This document shows, piece by piece, positions 38,157 through 52,721 of a stretch of DNA of 64,000 nt. This DNA comes from Flaccisagitta enflata (taxonomy: Eukaryota), in assembly GCA_965153355.1 (NCBI GenBank), contig OZ231126.1:8122001-8186000 (forward strand). The letters are read 5' to 3'. Numbering within the stretch: the first letter of the stretch is position 1; every line of letters starts with the position of its first letter. The notes under the pieces were generated by a model, which was not told the origin of the DNA, made no database searches, and was given only the letters and a program-made list of their open reading frames with translations. Both the position numbers and the translations under genes were made by a program.

Positions 38157-38333
38157 CAGTAAAACCCCGCCTCATCTGTCCCATTGGGACTGAAGATTTT
38201 TCACCTTTATCTCAGGTTCTCCTTTAAAGAGAAATGAAATCACGTTAAAAATAATCATTTGGGTCGTGAAAAATGTTAACCTTCATTGATGGCAAACCTT
38301 TAAAAGTTGGTCTGTTTTCGCGGGGTTTCACTA
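38157..38333. mobile_element. Degenerate pogo-like MITE
   Basis: CAGTAAAACCCCGC...GCGGGGTTTCACTA-TA; similar size and termini to the 11229 element. Confidence 0.55.
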
Positions 38334-38538
38334 TACTACCACACAGTCTTTGCCCCACAACCAGACCTATTACCAATAAAGGCGGCTAATCGCCGACCGG
38401 AAAAAAATCGTAAATGGGAGTTTCTTTTTTTCAGTGCATGTTTTACTGTGAGTGCATCTCATGCTGTCTGGTTGACTGCTTGTCTGTTTTTGTTTTTCAA
38501 TCTGCGTCCCTTTTTCTTCTTTGTCTTCCTCTGTCTCT

Positions 38539-38920
<382 letters not shown>

Positions 38921-39813
38921 AAATATCAAAGCTAGCGTCATAAAGGTTGGAGTAAATTTGTGTAACATCTTTACATTTCCCTATTGTTACAAAGGGCAAA
39001 ATATTGGGATCAATGAAAAATATCGATTTTTTCAAAAATGCAAAAAAATAAAAAAAATTCAAAAATTCAACGCTAAAACTAATGATTGTAGAGACTTCTG
39101 GTTGGCGCCATTTGAAAGACAAAAATAAGCTCTTTCTTAGCTGTGAATATCAAAAAATGTTTACTCCCACCCCGAAAATGGCACAACTTCCAAAAATTGC
39201 CCCAAAGCAAAATGAGAAAATTTCATTTCTACCCCACGTTTCAAAAAGTCGAATTACATAATTCGACTTTTTTCCAACAATCACATGCTCTTTCCTCCGT
39301 CGCGTTTGCCTTCTGTAAATGGAAAGGTTGAATAAACGAAGTAAGTGAAGAGGTGTGCTGTTGGGTGGTGAGGGGTGGTGATGGGTGGTGAGGGGTGATG
39401 AGGGGTGGTGAATGCTGAGATAAGTAGGTGGCCATTCTGTGCGACCGTTCACGATCCATACTTTCAATATCTACATCACACCAATCACGTCCGACACGTT
39501 CCCAATCCGATTTAAAAAAAGAAACGAAGAAACAATAGCAGAAAAACATGTCTGATAAGGCAACGATAAGTCCTGTCCTGTGCGATGCGAATATCTAGAC
39601 AAAAACGTATGACTGATAGACAGACAGACAGACAGATGAACAGGCAGACTACCAAAAGAAGCTCTTAAACCATTTTAGAGAATGTTCGGTATGGTTTGTG
39701 ACATCGCCAGGGCGGTTAAATGCCGGGCATAGGTGTAACCGACATTTGGACAGACGGTCAGACCCACCAACGAACGGACCAGCGGACAGAGCCTGTCACG
39801 GACTGAATAAGAT

Positions 39814-39847
<34 letters not shown>

Positions 39848-40013
39848 GCAGAAGTCGAGGAATGGAAAGAGACAGAAAAGTGTTGGGAAGGGACAGAGAG
39901 GTCATTAAAAAATCATGGCCCAGTTTTTAACAAAGACATTTTAATGGGAAACAAAAATGGGTAATATTAACCAGAAGAAAAGAAGTCATGAAGGGATAAT
40001 GAGCGTGGAGAGA

Positions 40014-40877
<864 letters not shown>

Positions 40878-42030
40878 AGTCAGACAGGCAGACAGAAAGA
40901 CAAACAGAAAGAGTCAGTGAGAGAGTCTTAGAGAGAAAGGGAGATAGAGTCAGAGAGAAAGGAAGCACTTTCAGTGTTTCACAACAACCCTTAAGATTTT
41001 ATTTGACGGGATAAACTTTCCTTTCATCATTTCGGCCAAATCCCGTCACCTGGGACTGAGGTGGGGGGAGGAGGAGTCTGAGGGGGTGGGGCTAGGAGGG
41101 TGGCGAGGGGTGGGGGAGTGCAATGGAAGGGAAGTGGCGAGGTGGGGGAGGAAAAGGGGGAGTGCAACAAAGGGGGTGGGTGTGTGGGAATCGTAAGGGG
41201 GGACAAGATGGGAAGCGGGTGTGTAAGAGACTTGAGGAGTCGTTAGGTGTGGGGGGGGGGAGGAAAGGTGGCAATGTTAGGATGAGAGGTAGTAGAGATA
41301 GAATGCAAGTAAGGGGGACAAGGATGGCGAGCTGGGCAGGAGGGGGTGCAAGGAAGCAAGAGGAGGAGGGGGGAATGGCAGGGCTAAGATGGGGATGCAT
41401 GGCCTGGGTAGGGATATAGCGAGGATGGGAAGGGGCGATGAACAGGGGAGAGTTGGATAGCGAGTTGCGATGATGAGGGGCCGGGAGGGTTGAGGGTGGA
41501 ATACAAGCTGACAGGTGAGGGGTGGCGACGCGTAAAGGGCAGTTTAGCGGCGAATTTACAGGAAAATGGCGATGTAAAGGGGGGGGAGAGGGTTGAGATT
41601 GGAGTACAAGTTGGCGGGTGAGAGGCTGGAGGCGAAAAGGGCGGTATTAGCGAGTTTACAAGGAAAGATATGGAGTGGGAAAGCAAAAGTATGGGAGGAA
41701 GCAAAGGGGGTTGGGGGGAGATGATAAGTGATGATGGAGAAAAATGGGACGGGAGAATAAAGTAGAAATATTTAGAAAATGAGAGATTGAATTGAAGGTG
41801 GAGACGAGAAAAGAGAAGAGGGCATTGGGTGTAAGGTGTAAGGTAAGGAAAGGTAATATGGTAAGGTCCTAGCGCCCCCCTAAGAAACTGCTCTGCGGGC
41901 GCGGCGGCCTCGTTGAGCACGATAGAAACTAGATTGGAGGGTTAAAAGGTGGTGCTGCCATCTTACAGGTGCATGAAAAATGATAAAGTGAGAAATTTTG
42001 GGCAAAGCATTTGAAGGGGGGGGGGGAGTT

Positions 42031-42159
42031 GAACAAGGCCAAGTAGGCCTAAAAGGTGAGCCATGTGGATTGTCGATCCAATGCGTTACCGACAGACCAA
42101 CAGACCAACAGAAAGACAGACGGACACATTCGATTATAGAGGTGCTTTGCCGCACCTAA
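42031..42159 (-). mobile_element. Short family B variant
   Basis: AACAAGGCCAAGTAGGCC...AGGTGCTTTGCCGCACCTAA. Confidence 0.65.
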
Positions 42160-42180
42160 TAAGCATTCTTGAAAAATTCT

Positions 42181-42709
42181 CAGGGGTATAAATAGTTGAG
42201 TCGCTTTTGATTCCCCCACCCCTTTCAACTTTCAAGCTTCCTATACTGTTTTTGTGGAACGTATTTTGTTGATAAGACTATGCAACCTCCTCGAATTGTA
42301 ATTGATTACCTACAAATTGTACCCAAGGATTGACGTTTAACTCCACCTGCATTGTGATTTGTGCTCATTTTGGATTTATGGCTTATTTGTGATCCCCTCT
42401 GAATAATATGCAAATGCGTCCTCCCCCCATGTATGTTCCAGAGAAATAGATGTTCATTTCATTTCATTTCATTTCACCCCCTCTTGCCCTTGATTTTCTA
42501 CCCCGCAACGTGTCGCTTTGCATTTTAAAATCTATGATTTTCTTCCCCCAAAGCAATCAAACAGTGTAGTTAAGGTTTAAATAGTGTTAAATTGTTTACT
42601 AACCAGTTTTTATGATTTGACACTTACCCATCTCCAAACCCTTTACTTTGATTTCTTTCCCCCACCCAACGGGGGGTGATGGGGGGAAACTCAATTATAT
42701 ACAGGCCTG
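42181..42709. mobile_element. hAT-type MITE
   Basis: Imperfect TIR CAGGGGTATAAATAGTTGAGT / ACTCAATTATATACAGGCCTG; perfect 8-bp TSD AAAATTCT. Confidence 0.8.
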
Positions 42710-42971
42710 AAAATTCTTTTTCGAAAAAAAAAAAATACAGAAATCCAAATACGAACAAGTTCTTTTCCCCCCCTCGTCAGTCTGTCAATATTTCTTGATT
42801 AAGTTTCTCTGTCTGTCAGTCTCCAAGGAAAAAAAAACGCGAGGCGATGAAGTCTTTAACTCCCAATTCCCCACTGAGTTCCCATGGATTAGCTTACATC
42901 AGGGCAACACAATTCGCGACAGTTATGAGATGACCCGCCAGCAATGAAGACGACTGATGTGGCTAGACTGA

Positions 42972-43418
42972 GGGCCTGTTTCCACAATCGAGTTTTTGAT
43001 GGATCACTCGCTATGTTCGTTTGCTCATACCGCCCAACCGCTCTGTATCATTTTGCTTTGCTACATTTACTCGCTCTGCAGAGCTCCGCACGCTAGCTCC
43101 ATTCCAGGGCTTGCTCACTCACTCCGCCCACTCCTATATGTGTTCACGCTGTAAACGCGATGAACGGGAATAATCGCAATTGTTGTTGTCACTGGAAACA
43201 CCCCCAATATGTGTTCACATTGTAAACGTGATCACTTGGAATTATAACAATTGTTTTCATCAGTGGAAAAACACCAAATATATGTTCATGCTGTAAACAC
43301 GATCAACGGAAATAATCGCGATTATTGTTGTCACTGGAAACACACCAAATATGTGTTCGCGCTGTAAACGTGATCAACGGGAACAACCTCGATTGTTGTC
43401 GTCACTGCAAACACGCCC
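42972..43418. mobile_element. Family D MITE with tandemly reiterated terminal segment (~71 bp x4)
   Basis: TSD TGA on both sides; repeated ATATGTGTTCAC...CACTGGAAACAC units. Confidence 0.8.
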
Positions 43419-44171
43419 TGAATGGACACACCCAAGATACAAAGCCAGGCGCAGGCAGTCCAGGGAGGGAGGGGGGAGTGGGGAGTAAGGGTGGAAAGCG
43501 CGAGCTGAACCACCGCCAATGAAGACCACTTCAGCTCTCTCTACTCTCTCTATTGAAGAATCGATTCCCAAAAACAAATGATACATGTTGGCTAACAAAC
43601 AACCGAACAAACGATTTTTATTGACTTAAAGGAATGGCTAATAATATTGGTAGTAGGCAGAGAGGTAAACAGGCTATGAGTTCAAGTATTTTGAAATCCA
43701 TCATATATTTGCACCACTTTTATCAGGTCCTGATCTTCGGTACAACTACAAGTACAAGACACAATTTGATGAAATAATGAATGAATTTGCGATTCTTGAG
43801 GCTGGTTGGTTAGTTAGGAGGCAATGGATTGATTACCGTATGCAGTGGCTAAAACTGAGGCTGCTAGGCAGAATCAAAACTCAATGGACTGGGATGGCAG
43901 GCTTAGAGGTCTGACAGACAAACAGACATTAGGACAGAAAGACAGACAGACAGACAGTGAAAGTTCCTAGTCCAAAAACATCGATCGTAGTCACTCTTTC
44001 AAAGAGAAGTATGCACCTCTTTCGGCTGATCTATGAAATACATTTTAAGTTTTTACCTTTTTTGTTCAAATATCAGCCCGTAGCCAGGTAACAGCCTAAA
44101 ACCGTGCCCGCCTTAAAGCGTTAGCCTACAGATGATGTCGTGATGCTAGAATTGCAACTAACTTACTTATC

Positions 44172-44359
44172 AACAAGGCCGGATACACGGCTACCCCAGT
44201 CGCGTGCGGGTGGGCAGGGGCCATAATTGAGGTCACCAGATCATTTGGGCAGGAGCAGTAAGGCCAAAAACCGCAAAAACCCAAAAAAAGTAAAGTGTGA
44301 CGGACGGACGGACGGACCGACAAAGCGGGGTGTAGAGTCGCGTAGCACGCGACTAAAAA
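44172..44359 (-). mobile_element. Family A HINE
   Basis: AACAAGGCCGGATACACGGC...AGTCGCGTAGCACGCGACTAAAA. Confidence 0.8.
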
Positions 44360-45593
44360 TGGTTCTAGGGCTGCTTTGCTCACATCCTTCAGTATCTTTG
44401 CTGCCCGTAAAGAGCCGTTGACGCTGCTTATTTATTAGTTTTGCTTCATGCGGCGGCCATGCGGTAAATCAGTCAATGGACAAAACATAATAGGTATATA
44501 TGTCATACTATTGACTTTGATCCGACTTGTTGTTCATAAACAAAATATTGTTTGCAACAATAAAATGTTGAAATAACAGCCGGCTGTAATGAACAAAATC
44601 TTGTTTGAAATAATTGGTTGTTTGAATTACAGTCGGCTCTTATGCTCCAATTTTGTAAAGTTACAGCCGGCTGTATCTTCAACCACCAGTTGTTGCATAC
44701 AAGGTTCTGTTTATCTTCAGTAAGTTGGATCAAAGCTGATCGTATCATACGTATACCTATTATGTTTCGCCCACTGACTGAAATACAGTGGAAACCTGAT
44801 ATAACGGTTTTGAAGGGACTAGGGAATTTTGGTTGTTAAAACCGAATGTTGTTAAATCGAATTACTATTTTTTGGTGATTTTTTTTGAAAATAAATGAAG
44901 CAAAATCAAGTAAGCGTATATGTGTGCTGAATGAATTGCAGTGGTTAGCCATTTATGCAATAAGCAAGCAGAGCAAGAGATTTACTGATGCAGTCTTGAT
45001 ACGCCTATTTTGATATATTCAAGATACATTATTGCATATAAAATATTAAAACTATTTAGCTGGTCAAAAAGTACTATCTAGAACATATATATATCGGCAA
45101 GCGTTTTGGGTCATATCTCTGCTATGAATAAAAAAATCATATAAAAATCAGTGAGATTCTGAAACTACATCGAATTTCTGATCTAGTGTTACCAACCGCC
45201 TTCTTGTAGCTCGATTCGTTTAGAAATGACGGGCAAAACAAGAATGCTACTTCAAATGAAAATGGCTGAAAAATTATATTTTATTTCTTGTCGCTTTTGT
45301 TACTTGGCCAAATGTTATTTTTTTGTTAGTTTAAGGTTGTTGTCTAACTTTAAGGCTGCTACAGTGATGCCATAGGATCGCCTTGTCATTTCCATGGTCA
45401 CTCCAAACTCGGTTATAGATCAGATGGTTGGTAAGTAAGCAGCTATGGAAAAGGTGTCGCGCATCATTTGATATGGATAAAAAAAATTCTGCTCTGAAGG
45501 TGTGAGGGAAGACTGCGTCATCCTTTCTCAAAATATCTTTTCAAGAGCATATGAAGATAATTTAGGCTGTTATTGTTGTTCACAAGATACATA

Positions 45594-46356
45594 CCCTGCT
45601 TTCAATATCGAGTGTTACCAGCAAAACCTTTATTGCGTCTAAAGTATATATTTTTAGAAAATTCGGTTGGTTTTGTCTGAAAGCACACAACTTACCATTA
45701 TTTCATGCAAAATTTCGTCATGCTGGGTCTAGCGGTTTATCGTCCACATGTTTTTGAAATTTGATAAAATTTGAGCAAAATTTGCCAAAAAAACACATTT
45801 TTGAGCGATTTTATATGTATGAACCCTTATAAACTTTGTGCATCATGAGCTGGAATGACCAAATAAGTCATGTATAGTCAATAATTGACACTTAATTTGT
45901 ATCATTTTAGCTTTTCACCATTCTTTAAGAATTTTGGTGCTGAAATACAGTTGTTGTTATTTGAAACCTGCTCAAACTTCAAAAATTCAAAGGAAAACCC
46001 AGATTTTCCACATAGATTTCAAAGATTTGGTCTTTTTCTACAGAGATACATAAACTGAGACTAAAATCCTTCTTTCAAGACAAATCTGGCCATTTTTGCT
46101 TGATTTGTTAAGAAATGACAATGATTCAATGTCACAGTGTCAGTTAATCAATTTTTTAAAAAATCCTCTAATGGGGTTTATCTCATTTTCATTCAAAATC
46201 ATGTGGAAGCCAAACGGCTTGAGCCAGTCCTTTGAAATTTTGCATGAACAAATGGTAGGTTATATGCTTTTTGGCAAATCCTACCTGAATTTCCAAAAAT
46301 ATATACTTTAGACACAATAAAGGTTTTGCTGGTAACACTCGATATTGAAAGCAGGG
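45594..46356. mobile_element. Palindromic TA-TSD MITE (763 bp)
   Basis: TA-CCCTGCTTTCAATATCGAGTGTTACCAGCAAAACCTTTATTG... with a matching inverted end ...GAAAGCAGGG-TA. Confidence 0.85.
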
Positions 46357-46547
46357 TACAAAGAGTCTCAAAGATCAAATTATGTTTTTTTCTAGTCATT
46401 TGATGAATTAACAGCCTGATAATGATCTTGCCGATATACTTTTGTTCTAGATAGTACAGTTGAGCTTCACTAGAGCGCATGCAAGGGGACTTGGCCAAAT
46501 TATGTCTTAAAGTGAGCAGTGCTCTCCTGTATTGAGATACTTATGTA

Positions 46548-46728
46548 AACAAGGCCGGATACACGGCTACCGAAGTCGCGTGCGGGTGGGCAGGGGCCAT
46601 ATTTGAGGTCACCAGACCATTTGGGCAGGAGCCCTGAGGTCAAAGTAATAAAATCATAAAAAAAAGTAGTGTGACCGACCAACCGACGGACAAAGCGGGT
46701 TGTAGAGTCGCGTGCACGCAACTAAAAA
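46548..46728 (-). mobile_element. Family A HINE
   Basis: Same termini as the 44172 copy. Confidence 0.8.
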
Positions 46729-47624
46729 CAAATTTCTTAACAAAAATGATAGAAAACATTCATTTTTACTCCATTATTTTTGTATTTCTTATATTTCTAT
46801 TCCATACACATGTTTGAATTTTTTATTCAAACTTTTTTAGTTTTTGTGATATTAAATGTTGGCTGAAATGATGAATAATCAAAAAAAAAATTTATTATCA
46901 AATTAATAGATACTTTTATTTTTTTCTCCAAATTTTTGGCTATTACAGCCTTTGACGGGGAGATCGACCTGATGTAACAGAACAGAAATACTTCAATACT
47001 GCAAAAAACATTTCAAATGCACATCATGATAATTAAAAGAAATACTTCAATACCTTTAAATTAAATGTAAATTTTCTATAGTACCAAAAAATAAAGCCTG
47101 TAAATCAGGTTTAGCTGTTAAATCAGGTGTTGTTAAATCAGGAAAAATTAACATTGTAAAAACCTATAAAATTTTGGGACCTAAGCATCAGGGTTGCTAA
47201 ATCAGAAGTGCTGTTAAATCAGGTGCCGATAAGGCAGTAGTCCACTGCAGTTATTATTGAAAGCTTGCATAATCCGACGATCTGTATCAGGCGATTTTTT
47301 TGCCCTTGTTGCAATACTCTTAACCTGGTAATCTGCGAGGTTTTGTACCTTCTTTTTTTTATATTTCATGAATATAAAGCATTACTACTAGAAAAAAAAG
47401 CAAGAAAAAACAAAGAATGAAAGTAAGAATAAAAGAAAAAAAGAAAGGGAGAAAAAAAAAGATAGACATTAGAAAAAAAAAGGGTGAAAGAAAGTAAGAA
47501 AGAGAAAAAGAAAGAAGGAATGAGAGAAAGAGAGAAAGAAAGAATGAAAGAAAAAAAAAAGAAAAAGAAAGAAGGAATGAGAGAAAGAGGGAATGAAAGA
47601 AAGAAAAAAAGAAAGAAAGAAAAA

Positions 47625-47680
<56 letters not shown>

Positions 47681-47871
47681 GAGAAAGAAAGAAAGAAAGA
47701 CAGAAAGAAAGAGAATGTTTGGGTGCGGTTACCGGTTAAGAAGTGAAATTCGAAGGAAGGAAGAAATAAAACGTTTCTTGAAGAGGAAGAAATGAGGGAA
47801 GGAGGGAAATTGAGAAATCTCTAACCCTTTTTTACTTGCACGTCTTTTTCGTTATAAGGCCGAAGTTTATA

Positions 47872-48115
47872 AGGGCATAAGGCATAAGGCATATGTCATG
47901 TGGCAAAAGGCATAAGGCATGTGGCAAAAGGCATAAGGCATGAGGCATGAGGCATAATTCATAAGGCAAAAGGCAGAAGGCAGAAGGCAGAAGGCAGGAG
48001 GCAGAAGGCACGAGGCAGAAGGCACAAGGCACAAAGCACAAGGAATAAGGCATAAGGCATAAGTCATGAGGCAAAAGGCATAGGGCATAAGGCATGAGGC
48101 AAAAGGCATGAGGCT
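47872..48115. repeat. 7-bp repeat (AGGCATA/AGGCAGA)n
   Basis: Read directly from the sequence. Confidence 0.85.
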
Positions 48116-48361
48116 GAAAACCTGCCCATATTTGAGGACATATATTAAGGACGAGCCCCAACCTCATGTTTAGAGAAATCTCGGGTTTGGATGCTAGATT
48201 CTGATCTTTTTTTTTACATGAATAAAAATTGCATTTTTAGAGTTAACGATATGTTTTATTCTAATTGAACAATCCTTTACATTTCTGAAAATCTATTGTT
48301 AGACTTCCTTACACCTTCAATGGCAACAATATGACCCAAGTTATGATATTCTTGTGGGAAT

Positions 48362-48709
48362 CAGGGGCGTATTTGAGCCCAAATTTTTGGGGCACCAAGC
48401 CAAAATCTGTGTCCCAACGAGTCTTGTGTTCCAATGATTTTTCTATTACTTATGTAGGTAATTTTGCAATTAATATTACTTATGTTACTGTTGTGTTATC
48501 ATATAAAAGGAAGTCATCATTAAAAAGGAGGTCTTGCTTTACTACAGTGTAAAATGTTTATTATTCAAAGTGTAATTAAGCCCATGAATGATGTTTTGTC
48601 ATACGACGTGAAGCATAGTTATTGCCAAATGCCGATGGCCAATGGGGTTTGTGCCCCAACAAAAAGGGCAGCAGCTGCTGCCCCTGACGCCCCGTCAAAT
48701 ACGCCCCTG
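48362..48709. mobile_element. hAT-type MITE (348 bp)
   Basis: TIR CAGGGGCGTATTTGA / TCAAATACGCCCCTG; perfect 8-bp TSD GTGGGAAT. Confidence 0.9.
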
Positions 48710-49567
48710 GTGGGAATGTCAGTTTTTCTTGTAGGAATGTCAGTTTGCCGGTGGTATTTTTCCATCTCGAACTTTGAGAAGAGACTCTCTGTCAAGAAAT
48801 ATGTTCATTTGTTCATAATTAGTTTGGAATGTGAGAAATATTGATATTTATCGAATAATCGGCGTAATTGATCAGCCTCGGTGGTTAACGACATCTATCC
48901 CCGTCTAGGTCAAATTACTTTTGCCTAACGCTCAAGTATTTGTAAAAGACTTTTTTTTTTTAGATCAGCTGAGCTAAGAAGACGATTTTCAAGAATGTGA
49001 AATTGAAGAAAAAAAAATAGAAAAGATTTTCAAAGTCTTTGATGGCTGGTTGCTGGGCAATCGCAGTGATGTACAAGCTATTTGGGGCTTATGATACAAT
49101 AAACTGCTTGTAATGAACCAAAAAGTTCGAAAAGTAAAGAGTTATAGACAGACCGATAGACGGACCAAGATGATTACTAATTCACCGTGATGATCATGAT
49201 AGATATCATTTTCATTGTCATCATTTTAAATCATTACTATCTAAATGTAACGGGCATCATTATCTTTTTGGCTACTCTTATCATCAAAGCACCTGTGCTC
49301 AATTACTCATTAAATGCGTTGGGCAAGAGCTTTCCGACAAAAGAAGAAACAAATTCTCTCTCGAGTGCAAAAGTGTGGCACTTGCTTTGAAATTCCTCTT
49401 ATTAGTGTTACGTTCACACGATGTGCCCACCGCTTGCCCTTAACTTTGACCCATACAAACCGAATTGTGTTCTATGATTCCTCATCCATTTCGTGTTATG
49501 GTTTTTTTTCTTTTCCTACTCTACATATTTAAAATGTGAATACTGAATACTGAGCATCATTATCGCA

Positions 49568-49570
49568 TTA

Positions 49571-49608
<38 letters not shown>

Positions 49609-49643
49609 TATCATCATCATCATCATCCTCATCATCATCACCT

Positions 49644-49716
<73 letters not shown>

Positions 49717-49781
49717 CCATCATCATCATCATCATCATCATCATCGTCATCATCTATCATCACCTATCATCATCATCGCCT

Positions 49782-49863
<82 letters not shown>

Positions 49864-49965
49864 CCTATCATCATCATCACCTATCATCATCATCACCTAT
49901 CATCATCATCACCAATCATCATCATCACCTATCATCATCATCGACATCATTACCTATCATCATCA
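49568..49965. repeat. (ATC)n microsatellite
   Basis: Read directly from the sequence. Confidence 0.97.
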
Positions 49966-51225
49966 TGAGCATGAGAAGCAGCCAAGCAGCCCAGAAAGCC
50001 TCACTTGTTTTCCTCACCTTCTGTCTATCTCTGTGCGGCCGCTTTTGAAGTTATCTTTGAGAGTAGCAACTGTAACTTTTGATGAAATCATGAAAGAGAA
50101 TTTGGTCTGTGGAAGGTCCTCGTTTTCTTCAATTCCAGAGATCGTATCTACCTGTGATTTAGCTACTAAAGCTATTGCTTGTGTACATCAGAGAAGTACA
50201 ATACATTTGACTCATTTGAGGGGAGATAGTCAAGAAAAGGAACATTTTTCCAATCAATACATTGGCTAGTTTTTAACCTATGTTTCTCCATCACTAAGTC
50301 ATCAAAATTGAATCTCAATTTGCCTGTTTGAAATTTTGGACCCATGCATATAGTCCTTCTTTTCCTAAAATGTGTTGTTGCAGGCGGTGAAGGTGGTTTT
50401 GCAATTTGGCCCACCTCTGCAAATTTTGGGGGAAAAACACCCAAATTCATTTTATTTTTGTGATACATACACCTTGCAGAATACCTTCCAGAATCCTTTC
50501 ATAATCCCAGTTATTCCCAGTGAAACATTTACGCAAAAGTCTGGTGAAGGCTGCTGCTGTCAGCTGCCAGTGCCGCTGCTTTCAGCTGCTACTGTCGCTG
50601 CTGACAGCTGAACCCGGCCACCCCCTTCCTCTTCACCAATACCGAGTCTCCAATCTTTCTACTCCCTGAGCCTGCTGTCATTACACCTGAAATTTTTTCT
50701 CTTCACGCAAGACTAGTGTTCCTCCGCAGCTGGATTTCATGTATATCATGTACTGTGATGTATATGAATATTTTTTTCCCATACCCTAGCAGCCGCAAAT
50801 AAGATGGCAGAGACTTCCTTCCTATGGACGAATGATGCTTAAAAAGTTTGAATATTTTCAGATGGCTTTTGAATGAAGATTCGCTTACGTATCCTTAAAC
50901 CCCAATAATATCCTCAGACACTAGAGTAGAGATAAGTGGTGAACCCTGGGTGCTTACTATCCATAGACATCAGAGAGATTCGCCGAAAGAACGCAGCAGC
51001 TGGACGATCCTCTTTTTCCTCTTTCTCCTTCTCCTCCTCTTTCCCTCACGTCCTCATCTTCACAGCGGCTTTATTAGCCCCTCCTCATCCGCGCAGCAGC
51101 CTATTTTTTTTCAACCCCTCCTCATCCGCGCAGCAGCCTTCCCCGCCTCATCCTCCTTTTCGATCAGGTGCTGGATACCCGGGCTGCTGCTGCTAAAACT
51201 CATCATTGGTTGCCTCCAAACGATA

Positions 51226-51911
51226 TCGTAGGGCTTCGCTTGAGCGCTTGTCAAAAAGACTGGATAAAATCATGACTTATGGTGAAGTTGCTTAATTGTC
51301 ATTTGTCAACATATAAATTAAAATGAAACTTTTATGAAGACTTAAAAACATTAAACCTTATAGGCGGGTATGCCCTTGTTAAGAAGATCTCCGCTCTACG
51401 CCATTAATAATATGGATAGAATCAAGTCGTAGATTGTATCTTTAGGACTGTCTAGTCGCGTATGCAAAACTGGTATTTTTGTAGATGCTTTTTTATATTT
51501 CTTTATAAGAATGTACACTTGTAGGACTCGCCGTGTCACCGCCGATAATTTCCGGTGAGTCACGGGCTTGTAGCGGTCGGTTAGTCAGTCTGTTAGTCAT
51601 ATTCATGATAATGCATTGTACATATTTCTTTATAAAGATTACAAGCGGTAACCCACGGATACCCTTCGTCTTTCGGTTGTTGGCAACGGTGACACTGGCT
51701 TAGAGTTCGGCGACAGCCCTACTATCTATCTTGCTTATAGAGATATCTCCATCTTAAAAGAAGCATTAACTTTGAAAGAATGTTGCTCCTAAAGGAATAT
51801 CTTTATTCCTTTAGGCGCAATACTCTTCCAAAGTTGATGCTTTTTTTGGATGGTGATATACTTATTAGCAAGATAGTATAAGCGGATATGCGCTCTAGGG
51901 AGATTCAACTG
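51226..51911. mobile_element. Degenerate pogo-like element; related ends at 3477 and 46457
   Basis: Right end ATGCGCTCTAGGGAGATTCAACTG-TA is the inverse of TA-CAGTTGAGCT(C/T)C(G/A)CTAGAGCGCAT seen at 3477 and 46457. Internal GACTGGATAAAAT and TAGGCGGG motifs are shared with 3510-3610. Confidence 0.5.
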
Positions 51912-51922
51912 TATTCACTTTC

Positions 51923-52072
51923 ATTGGCTGCTGCGGGGGTATCTTAATTGGCTGCTGGGGTAAATTACCCATATTGGCTGCTGCGAAGTGCGGAGGTTTT
52001 TTTTAAATTGGCTGCTGCGGACAGATTGTTAATTGGCTGCTGCAGCCGTGTTCTTCCTAGTTGGCTGCTGTT
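51923..52072. promoter_or_regulatory. Cluster of reverse CCAAT boxes (ATTGGCTGCTG x5 plus one variant); candidate NF-Y-type promoter
   Basis: ATTGG at 51923, 51947, 51973, 52007 and 52032, plus GTTGGCTGCTG at ~52060, upstream of the CpG-rich putative exon. Confidence 0.45.
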
Positions 52073-52479
52073 GCTGCTGCTGCTGCTGCTGGCCTTCTCC
52101 TTTGCGCGTTCGAAACATCCCAGGCTGCCTCCTTCAGCATCTCCTCATCGAGCTCGTCTCTGTCGACGTGTTGCTTCGAAGAAGAAGAAGAAGAAGAAGA
52201 AGAAGAAGAAGAAGAAGAAGAAGAAGAAGAAGAAGAAGAAGAAGAAGAAGATAGACGATGACGATAACGACGTTGGGATAACCAGGAAGAGAAACGCAGT
52301 GAGAGTGAGAGAGAGATACAGAAAATACATACGGAGGCGAAGGGAAGGAAGGAAAGGAAAAAGAAAAAGAAACAGAGAGAAAAAGAGATACAGAGAGAGA
52401 AAAAAAAAGAGGTGGAGAAGAAGGAGAAGAAGAAGAAGAAAAAGAAGAAGAAGGAAGAAGAAGAAGGAATTTTCTTCTT

Positions 52480-52721
52480 GTGTGTGTAATTTTTTCAGAG
52501 TTTTTGCAGCGGCGGAGGATTCTTCTTCTGTCTCTCTCTCGATCTCTTCTTTTTCCGTCTTTTGGGTCGTGGGCATTTTTTCGCTCGATCGTGACGCGGT
52601 TATCGCGGAGAGGCCCCGAGAAATCCCCCTCCGTAACCGGACGAACGAACGACCGAAAACGGACGATCGATCGACGAACACGACGGCACGAACGAGCGAG
52701 AGGGTGACACCAACGACACTG
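52480..52721 (+). other. Putative non-coding 5' exon in a CpG-rich island; start approximate
   Basis: CpG-dense unique sequence ending at donor CTG|GTAAGA (52722), lying between the CCAAT cluster and the signal-peptide exon. Confidence 0.5.

Larger units (their letters stand above)
44786..47247. mobile_element. Old pogo/Tigger-like non-autonomous element with nested insertions
   Basis: TA-CAGTGGAAACCTGATATAAC at left; right end ...TCCACTG preceded by several GTTAAATCAG(G) subterminal repeats (47099-47224). Confidence 0.55.

Noticed and set aside
41868..41885. CTCF-like TAGCGCCCCC motif
   Set aside because: Only half of the consensus matches.
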